A stretch of DNA of 64,000 nucleotides, from contig OY776215.1 in assembly GCA_963675495.1 (NCBI GenBank), positions 768,001-832,000 on the forward strand. The letters are read 5' to 3'. Below, piece by piece: positions 1 to 10,900 of this stretch. Each line of letters begins with the position of its first letter. The first letter of the stretch is position 1. Under the pieces are notes generated by a model that worked only from the letters and a program-made list of their open reading frames with translations, was not told where the DNA came from and did not search any database. The position numbers and the translations under genes were made by a program. The stretch is from an uncultured Methanolobus sp. (GTDB lineage: Archaea; Halobacteriota; Methanosarcinia; Methanosarcinales; Methanosarcinaceae).

Positions 1-101
1 CAGACACAGAGATACAGGATCTTGAAGCTGAACTGGCAGAACTTGAAGCACTTATTGATGAAATGGATCTTGAAGAAGATATTGTTCTCGAGGAAATATG
101 A
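1..101 (+). CDS. 3' end of an acidic coiled-coil-like protein (partial, starts before window)
   Basis: Open frame from base 3 reads DTEIQDLEAELAELEALIDEMDLEEDIVLEEI then TGA (99-101), followed by a T-rich tract. Confidence 0.7.
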   Translation, partial: DTEIQDLEAELAELEALIDEMDLEEDIVLEEI

Positions 102-265
102 ATGCCTGGCATTCATGTTCCTTTTTGTTTTGACGTTTTTACACTCTGTAGAACACCTAATTCTTATTTTTAGTGATGCATAAACATTGAATTAGTGTAT
201 AACCCTGACAGATAATGTCAAGGTTATATTTATTGTTCAAATCAAAACTTCTGCAAAGCTTCTTC

Positions 266-2302
266 TTAAGACCTTTTTATACCCTGTTTAAGAGCCTTTT
301 TACCCATATAATCAGGAATTATATTTTTTTCTACGACCAACTTGGATGTGCCGACTCCAACCACAATGATCTTAGACTCAACCGGTTTCTCACCTTCCCT
401 GACTATGAGGTCTTTTTTAGTTACCTCTATATCTACTTCTCCTTCTAAGTAACCTGCAGCTCTCATGTAATCCATTATGATTTTTTCGCCGGTGTTCCTG
501 GCAAACTCATACGCATCCATATACTGATAGAATATAGACCTGCCTTCTGGTGAAAACACGAAGTAATTGAGGATATCCTCTTTGGGGCCCTTCATTTCTA
601 CATCTTCAACGTTTACCCCTACTACAGGATCAAAATCCCTTTTGATCAGTATTTCAACACGTTTGATACCTTTGCCTACAAGAGAACCAACAGCATTGCC
701 TACATTAGCATGCTCCGGAACAACTATATCAGCATCTATCAGTTGTTCCATTTCCTCTTTATACGCAACAACAGGACCACCAAGCAGTACAACAGGAGTC
801 TCTACCTTAAAACGAGTGAAATTCTCCCCGGAGAGTATATCGTTAACAACTGATTCCGGAATGCCTTTTATAAGGTAAGAAATAAGGTCCGATGCCATGT
901 TCTTTGCAACTTGTCTTTTTACCATGCTGCAGAGTTCTTCCTTCTTAGTCCTTGTCAACTTGCCAATCTTCTCAGCACCTATTACGGATGCTTCAGTTTC
1001 CCATTCCCTGAAATCTCCAAGTACATGCAGGGCATCTGTTGGAGTGAAACCTATGGATTGGATCAAACGTTTCTTTATAAGGCCATCAATGGCACGTACA
1101 TTTGGCTGTTTCTTCAGGCGCTGGAAAATATCTACATAGGAAAGAGGAGTTCCCTGAATAACATCATACACCTCTTCTTCCATCTTTGTAAGTTCAAGAG
1201 AACGGACATCTGTGCGTACAAAGAATTTAGTTGGTTGAATATTTTCACAAAGAAGCGTTCTGGAAGGAGATTTAGCTTCCTTAAGTTTTTCAAGAAAACC
1301 AGGATACTCAACTGCAGCACGACAAAGGGGTATCACCCTTCTGGGCCCTACATAGAACTTTTGATTCTGGGCCCAGATATGACTGTCACCACCTGTGGCA
1401 GAGGTTTCCATTTTGATAGCCTTTACCATGGTCTTCCAACCGCCGACAATAGCTCCCTGATCACTTAGTTCCGGAACGCCATCTCTGACAAGAGCGACAT
1501 CCGTACTGGTACCCCCTACATCTACCATAGCGCAGGTAGGATATTTTGTGAGGAAGGCAGCACCTACAAGGCTTGCTGCAGGCCCGGAGAATATTGATTC
1601 AATTGGCCGTTCAAGTGCCTCTTCCATGCCTACTACAGAGCCATCACATTTGAGCATGAGCAGATTGGCATCAATTCCCCTTGACTTGATGTCCTGCATA
1701 ATGGACTGGATAAACTTGTGTGTAATGGGCAATAACTGGGCATTAAGATAAGCAGTAATAGCTCTGTCATAAGCGCCCACTTCCTGGGAGAGCTCATGTC
1801 CGCACACAACAGGCATCCCTGTGACCTCACGAATTATCTGTTTGACACGGAGTTCATGCTCTGAGTTACGGTTGCTAAAAAAAGAAGACACTGAAAATGC
1901 CGCAACATGGTCCTTTATTTCAAGGGCAAATTGTCTAACTCCCTCTTCATCAAGAGGAGCTGCTTCTTCACCATTACTGGTATGGCCACCGCTAAGTCTG
2001 ACATAGTATTGAGCAGGAAAACCTTCTTCAGGGATCGCATAATCACCAACAAGCATCACACCAACCGGAAAACCTGTATCTTCAAGTATAGTGTTGGTCG
2101 AAAGAGTTGTTGAAACAGAAACCAATTTGACTTTTTTTACATAATCCTGATTCAGACTATCAATTAGTTTTTTAATTCCATCTATAGGATTTGGATAGGT
2201 GGTAAGTACTTTAGCAGCATCCAGTATCACACCATCCGAATCACGGATAATAACCCCGTCTGTAAAGGTCCCTCCGGCATCAATGCCAAGACTGTATTGC
2301 AT
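266..2302 (-). CDS. Hydantoinase/oxoprolinase family (ASKHA ATPase) protein, paralogue 1
   Basis: GIDAGGTFTD, SGPAAS and DVGGTSTD motifs; 678 aa; GGAG RBS upstream. Confidence 0.9.
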   Translation of the reverse strand: MQYSLGIDAGGTFTDGVIIRDSDGVILDAAKVLTTYPNPIDGIKKLIDSLNQDYVKKVKLVSVSTTLSTNTILEDTGFPVGVMLVGDYAIPEEGFPAQYYVRLSGGHTSNGEEAAPLDEEGVRQFALEIKDHVAAFSVSSFFSNRNSEHELRVKQIIREVTGMPVVCGHELSQEVGAYDRAITAYLNAQLLPITHKFIQSIMQDIKSRGIDANLLMLKCDGSVVGMEEALERPIESIFSGPAASLVGAAFLTKYPTCAMVDVGGTSTDVALVRDGVPELSDQGAIVGGWKTMVKAIKMETSATGGDSHIWAQNQKFYVGPRRVIPLCRAAVEYPGFLEKLKEAKSPSRTLLCENIQPTKFFVRTDVRSLELTKMEEEVYDVIQGTPLSYVDIFQRLKKQPNVRAIDGLIKKRLIQSIGFTPTDALHVLGDFREWETEASVIGAEKIGKLTRTKKEELCSMVKRQVAKNMASDLISYLIKGIPESVVNDILSGENFTRFKVETPVVLLGGPVVAYKEEMEQLIDADIVVPEHANVGNAVGSLVGKGIKRVEILIKRDFDPVVGVNVEDVEMKGPKEDILNYFVFSPEGRSIFYQYMDAYEFARNTGEKIIMDYMRAAGYLEGEVDIEVTKKDLIVREGEKPVESKIIVVGVGTSKLVVEKNIIPDYMGKKALKQGIKRS

Positions 2303-2638
2303 TTTTGATTAACTCCTTGGAAAAACGATCAATTTTAATATATATAGTGCGGATAAAAAAAACGGTTTTGCACTATTTAAACATTACCAATTTAATCTGA
2401 AAATCTTCGGCGTTACTTGCACGATCACCACTAAGCATAACGCAATAAACAACAGGAAAAATCTAATAACTACATATATAATGAAATAAATTATAATAAT
2501 GAAACGATGAACATAGATGTTATGTGTTACATGTTTTGTCGTTCATATAAATTAACAACTTGTCTACAGATAACTTTTTATAGAAGAACAAACAACCTGT
2601 TCAAACTTAGAAATGATACCATATCTAAGAGGAAAATC

Positions 2639-3496
2639 ATGGGAAATATGATAAAAACTACATTATTACTGGCCTCCCTTACCGGTTTACTGGTCATTGT
2701 CGGCCAGATGATAGGCGGGACGTCAGGAATGATCATTGCATTTATATTTGCGATAATCATGAACTTCGGAAGCTATTGGTATAGTGACAAGATCGTCTTG
2801 AAAATGTACCATGCACAGGAAGCCACTGCAGCTGAAGCTCCACAACTTCATGGAATTGTTCAGAAGCTGGCCATGCGTGCAGATCTGCCAATGCCAAAAG
2901 TCTATATTGTAAACACATCCATGCCAAATGCATTTGCAACAGGCAGGGATCCACAACATGCTGCAGTTGCTGCAACCACAGGAATACTGGACCTGCTGAC
3001 AGCTGAAGAGCTTGAAGGTGTACTGGCACATGAAATGGCACACGTAAAGAACCGTGACACCCTGATAAGTGCAGTAGCTGCAACCATTGCCGGTGTTATT
3101 ACTATGGTAGCCACATGGGTCAAATGGGCAGCCATATTCGGAGGAATTGGTGGAAGGGACAGTGAGGGTGGAAGCAATATAATCGGTTTTCTCGCACTTG
3201 CAATTGTTGCCCCATTGGCAGCAACAGTAATCCAGCTTGCAATTTCAAGGTCAAGAGAGTTTGCAGCCGATGAAGAAGGAGCACGCATCTCACAGAAACC
3301 ATGGGCTCTTGCAAGCGCACTTGAAAAACTCGAATACGGTAGCAAAAATTATCGCCAAAGAAGAGGCGATGTACAGCCATCCCAGACCACCGCACATATG
3401 TTCATCGTGAACCCATTGAAAGGAAGCGCACTTATGAACCTGTTCAGAACACACCCCGTTACAGAAGAGCGTATCAGACGCCTTCGTGCAATGTGA
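2639..3496 (+). CDS. htpX: Zinc metalloprotease HtpX (M48)
   Basis: PNAFATG, HEMAH zinc motif, SRSREFAAD and THP motifs; start moved to ATG 2639 after GAGGA RBS. Confidence 0.92.
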   Translation: MGNMIKTTLLLASLTGLLVIVGQMIGGTSGMIIAFIFAIIMNFGSYWYSDKIVLKMYHAQEATAAEAPQLHGIVQKLAMRADLPMPKVYIVNTSMPNAFATGRDPQHAAVAATTGILDLLTAEELEGVLAHEMAHVKNRDTLISAVAATIAGVITMVATWVKWAAIFGGIGGRDSEGGSNIIGFLALAIVAPLAATVIQLAISRSREFAADEEGARISQKPWALASALEKLEYGSKNYRQRRGDVQPSQTTAHMFIVNPLKGSALMNLFRTHPVTEERIRRLRAM

Positions 3497-3505
3497 TTAT
3501 AAGAA

Positions 3506-3955
3506 TCAGAAATTAAAGAGGCTTGTCTGTCCCCTTTCAACGAGATGGACGACCTCCACACCGTTTTCTTCGAGCTTTATGGAAAGATATTGCCTGTGAC
3601 AGCTTTTTGGACTTTTTTCCGCACACATCAATACCAACCTGCCATTCTCTTCATCTACTTTCCTGATAAGCTCCATGAGCTTTTCAAAGCTGCCCTTAAA
3701 AGCATCTGTATCCATATATTCAGCATAAGTGGAATCACGCATTCCTCCTACGCCTTCAAAATGTGAGTACATGATCCCATTCTTAGGGAGAATCAACTCA
3801 AGTGACTCCTTGTCATAGTCCTTGAACGTAGACTGTGGATATCTCCTTATATCCACAAGATGGGTAACCTTATTCTCAATAAGCATATCAATAAACTCAT
3901 TGATCTGACGATTTCCATATCCTATCGTATAGCACTTCATTCTTTGCACCATCAT
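3506..3955 (-). CDS. DUF488 family protein with C-terminal PIP-box-like motif
   Basis: YTIGYG, LVDIRRYP and LMCAE..CHR motifs; ends QTSLFNF. Confidence 0.85.
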   Translation of the reverse strand: MMVQRMKCYTIGYGNRQINEFIDMLIENKVTHLVDIRRYPQSTFKDYDKESLELILPKNGIMYSHFEGVGGMRDSTYAEYMDTDAFKGSFEKLMELIRKVDEENGRLVLMCAEKSPKSCHRQYLSIKLEENGVEVVHLVERGQTSLFNF

Positions 3956-4253
3956 TTATGTAATAGATGAAGTGTTATTTTTTTATTTAAATGTTGATAC
4001 GGGATTTCTGACTTATGGTAAATATGAACCTTATGAACTTGCACACTCCATAAAACATGAGCATTGTTCCTGCTCATCGATAAGAATATCACTAAGAAAG
4101 GCTATTTTGTCCATGCATTCTAGTATAAGGAAAATATTTATATTGGTTTTGTTGAAACTAAAAAGTGATATTCCTTTTTGATGCATAATGGGAATGGCAT
4201 CTGAAAATATCAAACTATCATACTTATTCAAATTTATAGACTAAGAGGATAAA

Positions 4254-5531
4254 ATGAAAGTATCTGTCAACACTTCAAAGATCAATGGTGAAGTATTTGC
4301 ACCACCGTCTAAAAGTTATACACACCGGGCAATCACAATTGCCGCCCTGTCGGATGAATGTGTGATTCATCGGCCCCTTCTCTCAGCTGATACCCTTGCA
4401 ACTATACGTGCATGTGAAGCATTAGGAGCAACTATTGAAAAAACAGAAGAAAAACTCCATATAACAGGAGTTAATAGTAAGCCCTTTGTTCCCAATGATG
4501 TGATAGATGTCGCAAACTCAGGAACTACTTTGAGGTTCATGACAGCTGTATCAGCACTTACCAATGGAGTAACAGTGCTTACAGGTGACGGTTCGATCAG
4601 GAACAGACCAAATCAGCCACTCCTTGATGTACTGAACAAACTTGGTGTAGAAGCATATTCAACCCGTGGCAATGGATGCGCACCTCTTGTCGTGCGCGGG
4701 GGACTAAAGGGAGCTATAACAATGATAGATGGCTCAATAAGTTCACAATTCATTTCCGCACTTCTAATCGCATGTCCTTTAACAACACAAAGCACAACCC
4801 TTTCCATAAAAGGGGAAATGAAATCAAGACCTTATGTTGATGTAACCATCGAGCTGATCGAAAGGGCAGGTGCTGAGATCCTTATTGAGGAAAGTAACAA
4901 TATTAAGTTCATAATACCTGCCAACCAGAGATATAATCTCAAAGAATATACCGTTCCGGGAGACTTCTCGTCAGCTTCCTATCTGTTAGCTGCTGCAGCG
5001 ATCACAGGTTCTACCGTTACCGTGAAGAATCTCTTCCCCTCAAAACAGGGAGATGTTGATATAATCGACGTCCTTGGACGCATGGGAGCAGAAATCTCAT
5101 GGGACAAAGAGAACGGAGTAGTCAAAGTTACAGGAAACGGCCTCAAAGGAACTACCTTCGATGCAGGAGCAACACCTGATCTTGTGCCCACCATTGCTGT
5201 ACTTGCAGCATGCGCTGAAGGTATGACAGTGATAGAGAATGCAGAACACGTGCGTTATAAGGAAACAGACAGACTTCATGCAATGGCACTTGAACTGGCA
5301 AAAATGGGAATCTCCGTAAGGGAAGAACCTGATCAACTAATGATCACGGGCGGGACGCTGCGCAGTGCACAGCTACACGGATGGCATGACCACAGAATAG
5401 TCATGGCACTCACAATTGCCGGAATGGTTGCAGGAGATACTACAATAGATACTGCGGAATCCGTGGAGATATCTTTCCCCAACTTTTTTGAGGAAATGAT
5501 GGCCCTTGGAGCTCAAATAACTCCTTTCTGA
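4254..5531 (+). CDS. aroA: 3-phosphoshikimate 1-carboxyvinyltransferase
   Basis: PPSKSYTHR, NSGTTLRF, SSQFISALL, KETDR and DHRI motifs. Confidence 0.97.
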   Translation: MKVSVNTSKINGEVFAPPSKSYTHRAITIAALSDECVIHRPLLSADTLATIRACEALGATIEKTEEKLHITGVNSKPFVPNDVIDVANSGTTLRFMTAVSALTNGVTVLTGDGSIRNRPNQPLLDVLNKLGVEAYSTRGNGCAPLVVRGGLKGAITMIDGSISSQFISALLIACPLTTQSTTLSIKGEMKSRPYVDVTIELIERAGAEILIEESNNIKFIIPANQRYNLKEYTVPGDFSSASYLLAAAAITGSTVTVKNLFPSKQGDVDIIDVLGRMGAEISWDKENGVVKVTGNGLKGTTFDAGATPDLVPTIAVLAACAEGMTVIENAEHVRYKETDRLHAMALELAKMGISVREEPDQLMITGGTLRSAQLHGWHDHRIVMALTIAGMVAGDTTIDTAESVEISFPNFFEEMMALGAQITPF

Positions 5532-5565
5532 TAAAAATAGAAAAAATGGGAAGGAAACTTCCCTT

Positions 5566-7614
5566 TTACTTTCCTGAATAGGAACTTTCAGCTGATCTGC
5601 TGCTTATGGCTTTTTTACGCATATAATCAGGAATTACGTCTTTTTCCACAACCAACCTGGATGTTCCGATTCCAACTACAATGACCTTACTTTCAACCGG
5701 TTCTTCACCTTCTCTGGTCATGAGGTCCTTTTTAGTCACCTCAATTTTTACCTCATCTTTTGAATAACCTGCTGCCTTCATATAGTCCATTATTATTTTC
5801 TTGCCGCTGTTACGGGCAAATTCATAAGCATCCATATACTGCGGGAATATGGTCCTTCCCTCTGGTGAGAAGACGAAGTACTGTATAACCTCTTTGGCAT
5901 TTTTTAACTCCTCATCCGTAACATCAGCCCCCGTAATTGGAGCAAAATCCCTCTTGATGAGTATCTCGACACGCTTGATACCTTTGCCCACAAGAGAACC
6001 AACAGCATTCCCTACATCAGCGTGCTCCGGAACGACTATATTAGCATCAAGCAGCTTTTCCATCTCTTCTTTATAGGCAACTACAGGACCACCAAGCAGC
6101 ACCACGGGAGTTTCCACTTTAAAGCGGGTGAAATTATCCCCGGAAAGCATCTGGTTAATAACCGAATCCTGTATACCTGTGACCAGATATGAAACAAGGT
6201 CTTTTGCCATGTTCCTTGCAACCTGCTGTTTTACCATTGTTGAAAATTCTTCCTTGCTGGTCCTTAGCTGCTTGGCAAGTCGCTCAGCCCCGATCATGGA
6301 TGCTTCCACATTCCATAGACTGAACTCCCCAAGCACATGCAAGGCATCTGTTGGAGTGAAGCCGATAGACTGGACCAGACGTTTCTGTATGAGACTGTCA
6401 AGGACACGAACACTTGGCTGTTTCTTCAGGCGCTGGAATAGATCCACATACGACAAAGGATTTCCCTGAATAGTATCATATATCTCTTCCTCGGCCCTTG
6501 TGAGTTCAAGGGGTTTGAGACCCGTGCGTACAAAGAACTTCGTTGCCTGTATGTTTTCACAAAGAAGTTTTCTGGAAGGTGATTTAGATTCCTTAAGCCT
6601 CTCAAGGAAACCTGTGTACAGGACGGCAGCGCGACAAAGGGGTATCACCCTTCTGGGTCCTACGTAGAACTTTTGATTCTGGGCCCAGATATGGCTGTCA
6701 CCACCTGTGGCAGATGTTTCCATTCTTATGGCCTTTACCATGGTCTTCCAACCACCGACAATGGCACCTTGATCACTAATTTCAGGTACACCATCCCTGA
6801 TAAGAGCAACATCAGTACTGGTACCCCCCACATCTACCATGGCACATGTCGGGTATTTTGTGAGGAAGGCAGCACCTACGAGACTTGCTGCAGGTCCGGA
6901 GAATATTGATTCAATTGGCCGTTCAAGCGCCTCTTCCATACCTACTACAGACCCATCACATTTGAGCATAAGGAGATTGGCATCAATTCCCCTTGACTTG
7001 ATGTCCTGTATAATGGACTGGATAAACTTGTGTGTAATGGGTAATAACTGGGCATTAAGATAAGCAGTAATTGCCCTGTCATAGGCACCCACTTCCTGGG
7101 AAAGCTCATGTCCGCACACAACAGGCATTCCTGTGAGCTCACGGATTATCTGCTTGACACGGAGTTCATGATCTGAATTACGGTTACTGAAAAAAGAAGA
7201 CACTGAAAATGCTGCAACATGATCCTTCACTTCAAGAGCAAAATTTCTAACTCCCTCTTCATCAAGGGGAGCGGCTTCTTCACCATTACTGGTATGCCCA
7301 CCACTAAGCCTGACATAGTACTGGGCAGGAAAACCATCACTGGGAATCACGTAATCGCCAACCAGTATTACGCCTACTGGAAAACCCGTATCTTCAAGTA
7401 TAGTATTGGTCGAAAGAGTTGTTGAAACAGAAACCAGCTTTATATCTTTCACATAATCCGCATTCAGAGTATCAATTACTTTTTTAATTCCACCAATTGG
7501 ATCGGGATATGTGGTAAGCACTTTAGCAGCATCCAGTATCACACCATCCGAATCACGGATAATAACTCCATCTGTAAAGGTTCCTCCGGCATCAATGCCA
7601 AGACTGTATTGCAT
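5566..7614 (-). CDS. Hydantoinase/oxoprolinase family protein, paralogue 2
   Basis: Same motifs as 266-2302 and collinear with it along its whole length; 682 aa. Confidence 0.9.
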   Translation of the reverse strand: MQYSLGIDAGGTFTDGVIIRDSDGVILDAAKVLTTYPDPIGGIKKVIDTLNADYVKDIKLVSVSTTLSTNTILEDTGFPVGVILVGDYVIPSDGFPAQYYVRLSGGHTSNGEEAAPLDEEGVRNFALEVKDHVAAFSVSSFFSNRNSDHELRVKQIIRELTGMPVVCGHELSQEVGAYDRAITAYLNAQLLPITHKFIQSIIQDIKSRGIDANLLMLKCDGSVVGMEEALERPIESIFSGPAASLVGAAFLTKYPTCAMVDVGGTSTDVALIRDGVPEISDQGAIVGGWKTMVKAIRMETSATGGDSHIWAQNQKFYVGPRRVIPLCRAAVLYTGFLERLKESKSPSRKLLCENIQATKFFVRTGLKPLELTRAEEEIYDTIQGNPLSYVDLFQRLKKQPSVRVLDSLIQKRLVQSIGFTPTDALHVLGEFSLWNVEASMIGAERLAKQLRTSKEEFSTMVKQQVARNMAKDLVSYLVTGIQDSVINQMLSGDNFTRFKVETPVVLLGGPVVAYKEEMEKLLDANIVVPEHADVGNAVGSLVGKGIKRVEILIKRDFAPITGADVTDEELKNAKEVIQYFVFSPEGRTIFPQYMDAYEFARNSGKKIIMDYMKAAGYSKDEVKIEVTKKDLMTREGEEPVESKVIVVGIGTSRLVVEKDVIPDYMRKKAISSRSAESSYSGK

Positions 7615-7756
7615 TTTGATTCACTCCTTGAAACAAAGATCAAAGTTAATAATTAACAGTGCAAAAAAGAATGGTTTTGCAATATTTAAGAATTACCCGC
7701 TAGGTCAGGAAAGAAATGGAGTAAAACAGAAATGAGAACGAAATTATGTACTGAAT

Positions 7757-7793
7757 AAAAAAAGAATAAGTAGTAGGCATAAAGCCTACACTT
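7757..7793 (-). terminator. Probable mcr operon terminator
   Basis: Hairpin GTAGGC-ATAAA-GCCTAC (7773-7789) followed on the minus strand by a T-tract, just after the mcrA stop. Confidence 0.7.
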
Positions 7794-7802
7794 GTTTTGA
7801 AA

Positions 7803-9521
7803 TTATTTTGCTGGGATGATGAGTGATCTCTCACCAGCAGGCTCGAACTCTTTGAGTGCACCCTTTGCGAACTCTTTCCTTGGCTGTGTAAAGTCAAATG
7901 GAAGGAGTTTGTCTGCGAAACAGACTTTGACAAGTGGGTTGAGTGCGTATGCATCTCCACGTCCAGCATGTGCAGCTGAGGTGATAGCTGCGTATCCACC
8001 CTGGTGACCTACATTCATTGCGTAGTTTGGATAGTTTGGTCCACGCAGTTCAAGAGCCAGACCTTCGTCGGACTGGTATGAGAGAACGTTGGTTGCACCA
8101 CACTGGTCCTGCAGGTCGTATCCGAAGAAACCGAGTCTTCCGAGTGCTTCCTTGTGCAGGTACATACAGAGGTACCATCCAGAAAGACCAGCGTTTCCGT
8201 TTCCTGTTGCCAGGGATACAGCTGAACCAGCTGCTGCGGAAAGACTTGTTGCTCTCTGTGATCCACCGAAGTGGTCTTCGAGGGTTGTTGGGTACTTCTC
8301 GTAGTTTTCAAGACCGTAGATAGTAGACTCTGTTGCGATGTCCTTTACTACATCGAGACTTGCCTTTACCTTGTTGTCTGTACCCTTGTTTGCTGCACCA
8401 TCGTACTTGTCGTTGATGTAGTCAACGTTGTAGTAGAGGTTGTCATCAAGGATGTTGTTACAGTATGCAGCTGTTGCGTACTGGGTGAAACCTACACCAC
8501 CAGACATGTATGAACCGAGCCAGATCTGGTCGTAAAGCATACATCCTGCACCGACTACTTCAAGAGCTACGTGTGCTGGGTCGTCTGAATCTACACGGCT
8601 TGTCTGTACGATATCTGCGAGGTGACCGAATGGAATTCCACCAGGCTCATTTGGTGCACGTGCACGTCTTGCTGGGAGCATTTCACCCATCTGGATAACA
8701 CCTGCATGCTTTGCTGCGTATGAAAGGTCAGCTACTGCTGCTTCACCAGCACACATGCTGTATGCTGAAATGAATGACATACCGACCTGCATAGCCATCC
8801 ACCTGCTTGTCTGACCACCATCTGTGGTCCTGCTGACAATGGTTGGGATGTGTGCTGCCTGGAAGGAGTGCTTGCCAATAGCTGCTTTAAGCTGCTCTGC
8901 CTGATCTGCAGGGAATTCCTTGTTGATGTCTATAAGGAACTGGCTGTCGATCTCATCTGCAAGTTCATCGTCACCGGTGAAGATCTTTACGTAACAGTCA
9001 TCCACAAGTGCAGGGTGTGTCTCGACCATGTGTTCCTGAACAACTGCTCCACCAGGAAGTGCGTGGTTGAGTGTCTCAAGGTAGTGGTTGATCGTCTCTG
9101 GTGTGACTTCGATACCGAGCCTCTTCTCGAGTGTCTCGTGTGCCATGTCCAGACCGACAATTACGGTCCTTCTGATGTCATCCCACATCTGCTGCATTGC
9201 AGCATTGTTGACGTAGTGAAGATCATCCATCTCAACCATATCATCTGTTCCTGAAAGGAATGATGGGGTAAGTGCTCTCTGACCGAGTGGAATACCACCA
9301 CAGTGCATCATTGGATTGTAACCGACAAGTCCTCTCTTATCTGCGAGGGCTTCACCAGCTTTTCTCATTTCTAATTTTCTAGGGTTCTGATCGACACCAA
9401 GTCTAAAGTACTCTACGGTCTTGTCGGTGATCTGTCCACCTTCCATCTTGTTAGTACCGTGTTCTTTTGTGTACTTGATCTCCATGTGTTTTGCAAACTT
9501 TCTCTGTCTGTCATCTGCCAT
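7803..9521 (-). CDS. mcrA: Methyl-coenzyme M reductase alpha subunit
   Basis: [30 protein letters not shown] and NYAMNVGH motifs; true start MADDRQ at 9521 after GGTGA RBS. Confidence 0.99.
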   Translation of the reverse strand: MADDRQRKFAKHMEIKYTKEHGTNKMEGGQITDKTVEYFRLGVDQNPRKLEMRKAGEALADKRGLVGYNPMMHCGGIPLGQRALTPSFLSGTDDMVEMDDLHYVNNAAMQQMWDDIRRTVIVGLDMAHETLEKRLGIEVTPETINHYLETLNHALPGGAVVQEHMVETHPALVDDCYVKIFTGDDELADEIDSQFLIDINKEFPADQAEQLKAAIGKHSFQAAHIPTIVSRTTDGGQTSRWMAMQVGMSFISAYSMCAGEAAVADLSYAAKHAGVIQMGEMLPARRARAPNEPGGIPFGHLADIVQTSRVDSDDPAHVALEVVGAGCMLYDQIWLGSYMSGGVGFTQYATAAYCNNILDDNLYYNVDYINDKYDGAANKGTDNKVKASLDVVKDIATESTIYGLENYEKYPTTLEDHFGGSQRATSLSAAAGSAVSLATGNGNAGLSGWYLCMYLHKEALGRLGFFGYDLQDQCGATNVLSYQSDEGLALELRGPNYPNYAMNVGHQGGYAAITSAAHAGRGDAYALNPLVKVCFADKLLPFDFTQPRKEFAKGALKEFEPAGERSLIIPAK

Positions 9522-9531
9522 TATAATCACC

Positions 9532-10281
9532 TTAGTTCTCCGGCTTGAAGCCAAATTTGGTTCTCTGGTCGAATACTCTGTGTATCCATTCAATGACTTC
9601 TGAATCATCTCTGAATGCTACGTTGTCGACACGGTATATGGTTGTCCTCTTTGCTGCTTCGTCTGCAGACATTGGTTTTCCGAGGTTAACCTTCTTATCG
9701 ATTGGTCTTCCTACCTGGTCCTTGTGCATTGTGACTACATCGCCTTCTTTTCTGCACCTTTCAAGCATGTCGAACATTACACCGTCTTCTGGAAGTCTGA
9801 GTGAGTGACCGTGTACTGTTGCGCCTCTAAGACTTGCGAGTGCTGGGCAGGTCATTTCAGTTTCCATCTGGAACTTTGCGATCTCTTCCATGTCTCTTTC
9901 ACGAGCTTCAACGACCTGACGACCGGAAAGTGTACCTGGGTCAACGCCTCTGAAGTTGATTGCTGCTGCGTAGGACCTGAAGTATGGTGTTGATGGTGCG
10001 TTGTACATTGAGTCAACGAACTGCACATACCTTACTCTGTCACCAGCTTTTGCGCCTGGTGTTGGTTCTACCATTTCTCTGATTGAGCATTCTGGTTCGC
10101 CCATTTCTGCAAGTGGTGGGTGAGTGCTTGGGTAGTCACTACCTGGTGCGCGGTGTCCGAGAACAAGTGTCAGGTCATCGTCGGAGATATCTCTGAGTTT
10201 CTCCACTTTGCCGGACATGTGTTTTCTTCTATTTTCAGCAACTGATGTTGCTCCTGGATAATACTGTGGTTCATATGCCAT
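9532..10281 (-). CDS. mcrG: Methyl-coenzyme M reductase gamma subunit
   Basis: QYYPGAT, GTLSGRQ and [12 protein letters not shown] motifs; operon position. Confidence 0.99.
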   Translation of the reverse strand: MAYEPQYYPGATSVAENRRKHMSGKVEKLRDISDDDLTLVLGHRAPGSDYPSTHPPLAEMGEPECSIREMVEPTPGAKAGDRVRYVQFVDSMYNAPSTPYFRSYAAAINFRGVDPGTLSGRQVVEARERDMEEIAKFQMETEMTCPALASLRGATVHGHSLRLPEDGVMFDMLERCRKEGDVVTMHKDQVGRPIDKKVNLGKPMSADEAAKRTTIYRVDNVAFRDDSEVIEWIHRVFDQRTKFGFKPEN

Positions 10282-10293
10282 AATTATTCACTC

Positions 10294-10896
10294 CTAATTC
10301 TCTAATGATCTCATTGTGGTTTTCACGGCTTTCACGAGTTCGTTCAGTTTTTCTCTCGAGCATGATTCGCCTCGTGTCACTCCTGTCACAATTTCCATTA
10401 CCCTTCCTTTTGTTAAAATATCACTATCTTTTGGTTTCACAAGTTTTGTCTTTACTCCTGCCTTTGCGAAATCTTCAAAATCAACGAGGGTCTGGCAAAC
10501 AACTACTGCAGGAACACTTGTTTCCTCAAGTATTTTCTTTACCTTCCTCACTACATGATCCCTTATGTTCCCTGTGTGGATAACAGCAACTTTATGCCTG
10601 TTTATCTGTGCGATCTCTTCAGAACTCATTCCAAAAGAGCCGGAACCCATATTGGTATCCGGAACACCTGAACCGGTGTTCAGCACAAGCACACTAACCT
10701 GGATTTCCTCTCGACGCATCCCGTATGTCAGTTCACAAACAGGTTTTGTGATATGTCTTCTACCGGGGCTCATTGCAACTGCGATCACATCTGGTCTGCC
10801 AGTTTCGGAAAGAGTGCCACGCTGTGCAAGGCCCCCACCTCTGCCAAGACCCATTCCGTGTCTGCAATCAACAACCTGCGTTTCCCGGTCAAACAT
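10294..10896 (-). CDS. mcrC: MCR operon protein C
   Basis: VVDCRHGMGLGRGGGLAQRGT and GVTRGESC motifs. Confidence 0.97.
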   Translation of the reverse strand: MFDRETQVVDCRHGMGLGRGGGLAQRGTLSETGRPDVIAVAMSPGRRHITKPVCELTYGMRREEIQVSVLVLNTGSGVPDTNMGSGSFGMSSEEIAQINRHKVAVIHTGNIRDHVVRKVKKILEETSVPAVVVCQTLVDFEDFAKAGVKTKLVKPKDSDILTKGRVMEIVTGVTRGESCSREKLNELVKAVKTTMRSLEN

Positions 10897-10900
10897 GCTA

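Noticed and set aside
2507-2638. Long N-terminal extension of HtpX
   Set aside because: It is AT-rich promoter DNA; the RBS sits before ATG 2639.
3972-4231. Short ORFs on both strands between DUF488 and aroA
   Set aside because: AT-rich divergent promoter region with no motifs or RBS.
9522-9608. 29-aa N-terminal extension of McrA in the ORF track
   Set aside because: It overlaps the mcrG 3' end; the RBS and family N terminus point to ATG 9521.
10288-10296. Pyrrolysine read-through at the mcrC TAG
   Set aside because: McrC is complete, a TGA follows two codons later, and the TAG overlaps the mcrG RBS. No convincing in-frame TAG gene was seen in the window.
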